A stretch of 60,004 nt of DNA, the filler included, from Squatina squatina (Eukaryota): the NCBI GenBank assembly GCA_031763465.1. It is 3 parts of 3 records of this genome, joined end to end, with 100 filler letters (N's around TTAATTAATTAA, not from the genome) between each part and the next. Parts side by side here need not be neighbours in the genome. Positions count along the whole stretch, not along the records: positions 46,432 to 60,004 come from JARFOE010000016.1; 2 more parts are not named here. The stretch is one strand, 5' to 3'. The position numbers and the translations under genes are program-made. The notes under the pieces were generated by a model. That model was not told the origin of the DNA and searched no databases. It saw nothing but the letters and a program-made list of their open reading frames with translations. Positions 51,001-60,004 of this stretch are shown one piece after another; positions within the stretch are counted from its first letter, which is position 1; the number at the start of each line of letters is the position of its first letter.

Positions 51001-51579
51001 TAATTCTCATTAGCTTTAAAAAAAGACCATGTTTTGGGAGTCTAGCTTGAGCAAAAACTCATTACTCTCCTATATATATATATAAAACTCTTATGAACAG
51101 CTTTTCTGTCTGCTGCTTTTCACCAATCACAAGTGGCATTGCCTGGCCTCAAACCACTCTCAATCAAATGGGTTCACTTCCTCCAGGAGTCATTCATCAA
51201 TTCCTGTGGGCCTATGTTGAAATGATTTACAGAATTTATCTAATGGTGCTCAGAGGCACTTGCCTTGGCATTAAGAGAAAGCACTTGCTCAACTTCCTCG
51301 CACATATTAGAATTAAGAGACTAATGCAAAAGTACTCTGAATGCAGAGGTCAGTGCCTCGGAGTGCTCTTATAAAATTATGGAATAACACATGCCAACTG
51401 TCAGCAGTGGTCCAGGCTACAGCTGTGAATTACACTGGAGTCTGCAAAGACCTATTCAATCAGCTTGCTGTTTAACCACTTGACCTACAATAAAATAATA
51501 CATGTAAAAGAATCTCCCACCTTTTAGGACTCAGTCCTCCTGAAAAATCAGCAACTGCAGAGGGTTTATCTCCATCTCC

Positions 51580-51940
51580 TCTTGCACCCTGCTGAAAGTG
51601 TTGAGCCTGCCCTGCTTAAAGCTGCCAGTGACATTGTTTGTGACCAAGGTAAGCTCTGCTTCAACACAGTTCTCTCTCTCCCTTTCCTTCAACACAGTTC
51701 ATCATGTCATCCTCCTCCAACAGCTGCCCTCTATGGTCCACTTCTGTTTAGCCAACTTGCCTGGGTTCCACTCCACTGGCCTGAATGAAGCTAGCACATC
51801 AATAATAGATTCTCCTCCTCCTTCCCTGTGGCTCCATCTTTGGCCCTCCATTTTTTCCTCATTTACATGCTGCCACTTGCCAACATCATTTATAGGTGTG
51901 GGTCAGCTTTTACATGTATGCTGATGATACCCAGCTCTGT
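51580..51940 (+). mobile_element. L2 LINE reverse transcriptase core, decayed
   Basis: ESVEPALLKAASDI, FNTVHHVILLQQL, FLIYMLPLANII and MYADDTQL (YADD at 51917-51928). Confidence 0.88.
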
Positions 51941-54900
51941 CCGCCATCACTGTGCTGGCCATCTGCCTGGCCAATATCAAGTAAAGATGTACTTTATTTT
52001 TTATTCTCCTGAAAGCAGCAACTGCTTCACTGTGATATAGTTCCATGGATCACAATCACTTTCTGGTACTTTGCCCAAGAAGCTACTCTCGACAGGGAGT
52101 ACCAGGAGACTATCCACATCACAAGGGAGCATGATCCTGTCTTTACCCNNNNNNNNNNNNNNNNNNNNNNNNNNNNNNNNNNNNNNNNNNNNNNNNNNNN
52201 NNNNNNNNNNNNNNNNNNNNNNNNNNNNNNNNNNNNNNNNNNNNNNNNATGAAGAGCCAGGAGGTGTACAGAATTGAACATGAGGCAAAAAAAATGGTGA
52301 TGAAGATGGAGGTCACTATAAAATCCAGAGGTGGTGGAGAAATGGACATTGGCCCAGAAGAGTGAATTTCTGGCAGGAACTACACTGTAGCAAAATAAAG
52401 CCAAAAATCCAGTAGGACAGTCATTAGCTCAGCAGGTAACAGCAGCAATGGAGTATGGGCTGTAGACTAGACAAAGCTATCTTGAAACTTAAGCAACTGA
52501 GTAGAAGATCAGAGTGACAGCAGCTGAGTCTTACAGTGTAGTCCAGTGCGGTAGCGTAGACTTGATGGCAAAGAAGTCCAGAAATTTGGAAGCCAAATTT
52601 TGTCCAAGTTCAAATCTTCTGTTAGTTTGGTGGAAATTTAAAAGTGAAGCCTTTAAGACTCATGAGAACCTCCAACTATTGGCTATCACTTGACAATATC
52701 CAATGATGGTTTGGGGATGCCTTCTGCCTAATGACGAATATTTGGAATTATTTTTCCTCCAAACGATGTTTGCAGAATTTGGAATTCCTTATGCCTGGGT
52801 TTGTTCAATGCCCTCTTTATCTTGGACCCTGAAGGGAAAGACTGGAGCATGCACAGAGTCCAGTTTCTCTCACTCAAGCTTTTGATCTTCATAGGTTTTT
52901 TCTGTATTCATAGACCAGAATTTCCTGAGGTGAACTTATTACCTTTTTTAGGGCTGGGAGCAAAAGCTCAATTTTCCCCAAACATTCCACTGTCTTTTGT
53001 TCAGTTTCCAGCTGATTCTTTGAGATGGGCAGGTGCAACCCTTGTGTGCAAGTGCTGTGGGCCTTGAGGCATTCTAGAGAGTGATGGCAGTACTCAGCCC
53101 CTTACCCAGGACCTAGCACTGTTCAGTGATTATGAAACATAAACGCTGGTCACAAGGACCAAAAGTGTTTTAAACATAACCACATAACTGGTGACACCTG
53201 GACTGACAATGTGGCCAGACATGCCATGCAACCATCACAAGTTATTCCATTCCGTTAATTTGCTGTGAGTGTATTCCACATAATGTTTTCTCATTAACGT
53301 GCTTGCCTGGCATTTTTCTGTATGCTATTTTGAAACCGCCTTAATCATTCCAATTTTCTATTGTATACCTCAAACAGATTTTTTTTTTCTTTTGTACGCA
53401 ACCTGCATTTTTCCTCATCGCTACGCAGTACTGGATTTGTATTGGGTAGAAAAGGAGGGATGGTACTATTAGAAGTAATAGGTCAGTGGTAGGCTGACAG
53501 GAGCACAACTGTGGAGGAGAAAGCTTGCCTCTGCCCTGCATCTATGGTAATGTGCAATTCGTTTGGGCTTCCACTCATCAGAATAGGATGAAGGAAAACA
53601 GTTACCAATTCAGATTTTCTATGCAATGATAAGAAAACTGTGTTAATATTTAATACTGAATTTAATGTTATATATATGGCGTAAATTAAGATTATGCTAT
53701 TGATATCGAGAAGCAATGTTTGTAACTGTAACTCATTAACTGGCGTAACCTGTCAAGTGGGGTGTTGTTGAACCTTTGACAGGATCCGTTGCCAAAGGCA
53801 TAGCCATGTTAAAGCAGTGGGATTATAATGTGCGTGTCTTCGTCTGCAGGTTAGAGCATGANNNNNNNNNNNNNNNNNNNNNNCCTTCCATTTAGTTTGG
53901 TGTTGCAGTTGTTAGTGTTGCCCATATTAAATTTACTGTATGCACTCGCTATTGGCAAGCCAGAACCCAGGAAGTTCCAGCTGTACTCATGGGACCCAAC
54001 TTGTCATGCATGGGATTTCCCAGTCCTGGAGCCGGACACTTCTGTTTAAAATGGATACAGCACCTGACCAGACTCCTAACATTCGACCCTCTCAGCTTTT
54101 GCTCTATTGCTAATGGAATGACAGTACAGACCTTAATAATTCCCAAATGCAGAAGTGCTTAAGCATTTTTCCATGATATAAACTAAAGGCAAATGAAATA
54201 CACAGATACATTGACCAGAGAAAGCTGGGGTGGGATTTGATATGACCTGAGGATTGTAGGTTGGAGAATATTGATTTATAGCTTACCACTGGCTTTGGAT
54301 GGTCAGACATAGTTTTTAAATTCAAAGCCTTGAAGGTCAAACCATCCAACGTTTTCTCAACCCCTTGCTCTGACAGTACTTTGGGTTTGATGTCTAGGAT
54401 TTTTCAGTTTCAGTTAGGTCTCTCTTTCCAATTTCTGTGATCCTTTTCCTTTCCCCCTTTGGAATATCACTCATTATCATGGACTTCCATCTGGAATAAA
54501 GTGGAATTACAAACTCTATCCAAACTTCCAAAACCGATATCAGCAAATCAGCTATCAGCAGCTGGAGTCCTTCCAACTTTAAAATACAGATCAATCTTCA
54601 GTCACCCTCCGAAGGTTCGGATGCCTCTGCCACCAGCTACTTCATAATGAATGAACTTCATCACACTAGACATATGCCTCAGAATATCAGCCTGATGTTC
54701 TACTCCTTCACTTGCAGAAATCTAGAAAGGAATTTGAATAAAGTGGGGCTGTTTATTGAAGCTGACCAATTGACTCCTTCCCAAGGTCCAAAAGTCAACT
54801 ATTAGAGCTATGAATATCCCTATTTTTGCACAGACTCTTAGAGATGTCATTCTTTCTAGGTGGCTGGCTGTTTTCGCTGGCTACTGCTCCCACCCCAACC

Positions 54901-56239
54901 TTGTGAAGTTTTAATCATGTTATCGGTCAGGTATCTGCACCTTCCATATGTTGTGATGTCAACATGTATGTATGTTTGTATGTGCAAATATATGTAACTG
55001 CATGAATAATCAACTCTGGAAAAATAATTGGTGTCAACTTACATTGCTATTCTTGACTAACCATGTATTTGGTGAGAGCCCCAGGACAAAATGTCTTCAG
55101 GGTGGCATTAACATTTTGGGAGATGCAGTAGCATTTCTATATCAAAATATCAGCATAAAAGGATGCTTTTTCAGTTTAATTNNNNNNNNNNNNNNNNNNN
55201 NNNNNNNNNNNNNNNNNNATGTTGTAAAATACTCAAATTTTACTTCAGAATATCCAGCATTAAAAATGTACATAAAATTATTTACAATTCTATATGAGAG
55301 ACGGTGTATATTTTGAAAGCTATAAAAGAGATTTACTACTCGAGGAGTTTAATGCATTTAGGTTTTAGGTGTTTTTCGGGGTTGTGCAATCAAAGGTTAC
55401 TTCCTCTATGTGTGTGGTATTTGTGAATGAAGAACACAGATATAGTCTGTAACAGAATACTACTACCCACTGGAGATAGTGTTATCCTGCAACCCACCAC
55501 AAAGACGCATAATTACTTCTCGAGCAAAGTGGAAGAGTGAATTGCATTTAACCTTCTTCTTGAAGACCCCAGAAGGCCTAAGGTTTTTGTAATAAGAATT
55601 TTGCAGTCATTGCATTCAAAAGAAAACCTCAAATCTAATTTCACAGGCTATTACATACATATTTGAGAAGTTCTTAGCACATAGTGAAAAGTTGATAAGA
55701 GAACTCTATACCTTCAATACTGGGAAACTGAAACTGTTTTTAGAAAGGATTGCTAATTTCCCTTCCAATACAGTGGTAAATTAAGATCTCAATTCACTCT
55801 AATCTCTCAAGGTAGGCATCTTAAGGTCCGTAGAGATGAATTTAATAGTCTCTCAGTCAAGGCCTAGCTGAATCCATTTTCATTCACTGGGCTAACAAAT
55901 TGTAGGCATACTGCTTCTCAGACTTGGCTGTCAAAATGTTCCTGATATTTTACAAAAGTGTATCTGGTGCTCTAATGCTGAACTACTGGATTGCTGCCAC
56001 TAGAGAACTTCAGTGAGCTATGTGAACAACAAAATAGGCATCAAGTGGTACAAGCTGGTGTGACAGCATTGCAATTTACTCTGCAGGTCCCATGGACTTT
56101 ACACAACTAGTCTCCAAAGTCCCTGGAGCACAGCCATGTGGAATGTTCCACTCCTGCAACTGAAACTGCAAAGTAAGAGTATACATGGTCAACATCTAAT
56201 GGTTAGAACAGAATTAAAATGTAACTGTTTTTAAAAAGC

Positions 56240-56245
<6 letters not shown>

Positions 56246-56270
<25 letters not shown>

Positions 56271-56271
56271 A
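56246..56271. repeat. (TA)n microsatellite
   Basis: tatatatatatatatatatatata. Confidence 0.9.
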
Positions 56272-56884
56272 ATGGTACTTCAAGCACACAACAGGATTCA
56301 AAATATAAACTGAAATAGGTACAGGTTAAGAAAGGATTTTATTTAATGGGTATTATTTGAAATAGGACTTCTTTGAACATTTATTTTCTTGTCATTTCAA
56401 GCATAACTGAGGTTCATTACTATAATGTACAGTAACAAAGTGTGCATTGTTTCAGTATGAAACTGGATTGGGCATAGTGAATGAAATGCATATAGCAGCT
56501 GTTGATAAAATGTCCCTTTAACAGTTACAATTTGATACAACAGGCCACACTACACCAGTCACAGTATCAAATCACAATAAATTGCCACAGAAGCCATGTA
56601 AAAATTCAGCTTTATCACAAATCTCAGACAGCTGTCTCGCGGTCACGAGTGTGTTAGTGATAGTTACTATCTCACCTCACAGCTCATCTGTTGTCTTCAT
56701 TTGCTAATGAACCACATTCTCGAGGAGAGACATCACACTGCAACCTTAAAGAAAGTGAATTTTAGAGGAGATGGTGGTCGAATGGTATTTAGAACCTATT
56801 GAGGGCAATATTGTGCACTGCACTCTAATTAAGAGGCTTCTCCCGGTGACTGAGCAGGTTACAGTGGTGAATAGCTGGAGTTCT

Positions 56885-57230
56885 GAACTACAGAGTTAGC
56901 TGATCTTGGTTAGGGTGATAGTAAGGATGCCATAACAGGTCTTGGCATCCTGGGCTAAGTAGAGAAAAATTGCCCACGGTTCTCACTCCTGATAACTCAT
57001 TATAAAGTGAATGTCTATGGACAGGATCAGACTCAGAGCTATGATTACACCCCAACCACTTGCCACCTTAATCCAACAATCTGATACCCACCAGCACTCT
57101 CTGTCTAGGCTTATGCATGAAGACTGACCACTTGGGCGAAGTACGAGAGGGTACCTGGTGCCCATGGAACTATACACCAGCAAGGGGTTAATGCCTTCAG
57201 GAGAGATGGGAAGTTGGTAGAAAAAAAAAG
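56885..57230 (+). mobile_element. ancient SINE (AmnSINE2-like by recall)
   Basis: GAGTTAGCTGATCTTGG..CTGGGCTAAG..CTCCTGAT..GGACAGGATCAG..CTGTCTAGGCT..CATGAAGA..CACTTGGGCGA, ending in an A-rich tail. Confidence 0.55.
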
Positions 57231-58249
57231 TAATTAAAAAAAATTAAGAAGTTCAATTGTTCCTGTTCACAATGTAAATTATGAAGAGAAGCCTATTTTT
57301 GGTGTCCAAACCTCTCAATGTCCCAATTATGGTTTCCTAGAATATGAAATAAGTATTTGATGGAATAATTGTTTCTCATAAACTTAAAAGTGTGTCAGTT
57401 TACTAACTCGCCCTTGTTCTATTTTGACCTTACACCTGCACCATTAGCCGGGAGCAGGTAACTCTCTCCCACAGCTCCAGTGCCTGCATTCTTTGACCCA
57501 TAGGGGCTCTAAGTACACCCAGTCAGATGGGAAACGTAGACTACAGCTCATTGATGTCTAGGTGAGATGACCTAGTTTCCTTGCCTCCGCCCCCCCTCCT
57601 TATTATCTTTATCCTCTTAGTTTTGTTTGCCTATCCAATCCCTGTGTTAGCCCTGTTCTCCTTATATGATGAACCTTCAGTTGGTGCAGCCTCCACTTTA
57701 TTCAAGTTTGATCATTTTTAATGCCATTGAATGGGCTGCTAAAGATGATATTTGTTTCTCTTGTGTAAATAATTGTACAGTGTGTAAATCTCATCAGATT
57801 ATTTAAACAGCCACTGGGTGTGGATCTCACATACCAGCAATCCTGCCAACTCGTGCTTGTTTAAAAAAATAATTTAAAAAGGCAAAAAAAAAATTGTGTT
57901 TGTGGCTGGCTCGTATAGACCGTTGAAAAACTGTATTCAGTTGTTATCTGTGTAGAGTTTTTACATGTGTATGAAAATGAGGTGACTTCCTAAAGTAAAC
58001 CTGACTTCCATTTACTTGGAAAGAGGAGTGTAAAACTCACTGTTATAAGTGCAATGAATAATTCATGTATGAACATTGTAAATGTGTGTATGCTGCACTG
58101 TATACTGTGATGGCTGTAGTATTGAATATAACATGATATTGTATAATGTGATTGTGTAAAAGGTGTCCAACCAAATCATTTCCATGGGAAACCAATAAAG
58201 ACCTTGAAGTAACAAAATCATCCAAGTGGTACTCTAATCACAACAGAAT

Positions 58250-58345
58250 GTCTGATGAAAGATACACACCCAAAACATCATAACTTATCTTTTCTCTTTA
58301 CAGATGACCGACCTGTATATTTCTGCATTTTCTGTTTTTATTGGG
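58250..58345 (+). mobile_element. decayed copy of the hammerhead mini-element
   Basis: TCTGATGAAAG..CCCAAAACATC..TTTTCTCTTTACAGATG..ACCTG..ATTTTCTGTTTTTATT is collinear with 1-95. Confidence 0.6.
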
Positions 58346-59629
58346 GTTTTTCAGTTTTGCTAATAAGTTCTTAATGAGAGCATAAGAAACGTGGAACAAG
58401 AAAAGCTTCCACAGACTGTGTACCATCTGATCTATAGGGCACTATCTAACCCATTTCATCTCCCAAGGGAAGTGTCTATCCAGCTTCTCTGCAACTTCAA
58501 CAATAAATCAAGCAAAATTCCAGAATATCTATCTAGCCTTACATTTTGTATTATATATTGCTCATCAGTTATATTCATTTAGTATGACTTTTCCACAGTC
58601 CCAATAGCTATCATATTCCATCAAGAATTCAAATGTCTGTACTTGATAAGAACATAAAGCATAGGAATTGCCTGTATGGGTTGTACAGTTCAAATACCTC
58701 TAACCACTGTTTGTTTGCTATAAATCTCATTGTCAAGTCCTGCATTATTTGTAACCTGTCAGCTGGGTTAAGCTGCAGGTTTGCCAGTAAATAGGACTGG
58801 AACAATCTGGTAATGCAGGAGCCAAGTCTACAAGAACCAGACAAATTGTCTTTGTGAAAGAACCCCATATAATTTATTTGCCAAGAGGTTGGCAGTCATA
58901 TAAAATAATGAACATTAATATTGTGCGGCTCTCACATAGACGTGTTAGACATTATTTGCATTATATCTGCAATTGCTGTAGCTGGGTAAGTGTCAAGGAT
59001 CTGTAATAATGGCACATTGACCAGTTTCCACTGACAGTATTTGATTGAGCTTTATCTTGTAACTCTCTCCTATTCCCTCCTGTCACACTGTAGGTGGCAG
59101 TCACTGTCCAGTAACCAAGAGGTCTAGACAGTGAGCGTAGGCATTTACCAAGGGTCACTTAATGCCCAACAGACTGCTAACAATGACAGTAAGCAGGGGA
59201 AAGCAAAAATGAAGCTTGGGGGAGGGAGCACAGATTACAGTTGGGGAACAGAAGAGTTGATGACGCTGTAATAGATTTTAGGGCTAAATTACTTCAACTT
59301 CAGTTAGTCAGGGATCAGGAGACGAGCAGACAGCATTTGACCCTTTAACCCCATACTGTGCTCCCCATGAGCAGCAATCAGTGTGAAAAGAGTTTCTCAG
59401 TACAAGATAATTAGCAACAAAGGAAAGGCATTGCCAGAAGTTCAGAAAAGACACACTTATCACTTGGCACGACAGAATAGGTAATTAATGTCCCAATTTG
59501 CTGTGGGAGAGGAGGGAATTAAACTCAATTTGGTTGTTTGTTTGACAAATGATCAGATCTCATTTCATGTGAACAGTGTCATTAATTAAAAGGATGACTA
59601 TTAAAAAAGTTTAAACTGAACCATGTGGC

Positions 59630-59728
59630 TCTGAATGCAGTACTCCGGATGGAGTCTGACCAAGGCTCTACAACGGATACCTTCCTCCATTTTATATTCC
59701 AACCCCCCTTGAGATAAAGGCCAACATT
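59630..59728 (-). mobile_element. CR1 LINE RT fragment
   Basis: MLAFISRGLEYK..RALVRLHPEYCIQ. Confidence 0.8.
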
Positions 59729-60004
59729 TAGCATCTGCGCTGACAGCACTCCAATTGCACGGTGGAGCCATTTAGCGGCCAAAACAGGCATTAGACCCCT
59801 AGCGCCCATTTAGCGTTATTTTACAGCTAGCATTAATCGACCAATTGGGCGCCCACATGCTTTAAAAACATTGACTAATGACAATATTAGGTTTTATATA
59901 ACTACTCTACAGTATTACATTAAATCGCGAGCAATTAATGCAACCTATTTATATTTCCATGAAGCCTTGTTCAATTTGGTCTGACTTGTAATCTTTCGTG
60001 GATG

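Noticed and set aside
53495-53560. LF-SINE-like tail segment (GTGGAGGAGAAAGCTTGCCTCTGCC)
   Set aside because: Too short and diverged to assign by eye

Overview
Eukaryotic DNA, not prokaryotic. It is a gappy draft scaffold (many 100-N and 10-N gaps, two artificial TTAATTAATTAA linkers), most likely from a cartilaginous fish (shark); this is inferred from the repeat families. The only host coding sequence I can support is the last coding exon of BCKDHB (7347-7487, +), so 1-7346 is probably its upstream intron and the rest is 3'UTR, 3'UTR intron or gene desert. The window is dominated by repeats: CR1, L2, RTE and Penelope-like retroelement fragments, Deu-domain (SacSINE1-like) SINEs, decayed PIF/Harbinger transposase and Myb/SANT pieces, many CpG-rich MITE-like elements and a 1.6-kb 16-bp satellite. 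The best signal is a ~95-bp Penelope-type mini-element carrying a minimal type I hammerhead ribozyme. It has two near-intact copies (one flanked by a 15-bp direct repeat) and several decayed copies. Other points are a splice donor 9 nt after the BCKDHB stop codon, a strong CTCF motif and a Kozak-led hydrophobic smORF. Family names come from my recall of consensus motifs, not from a database search.
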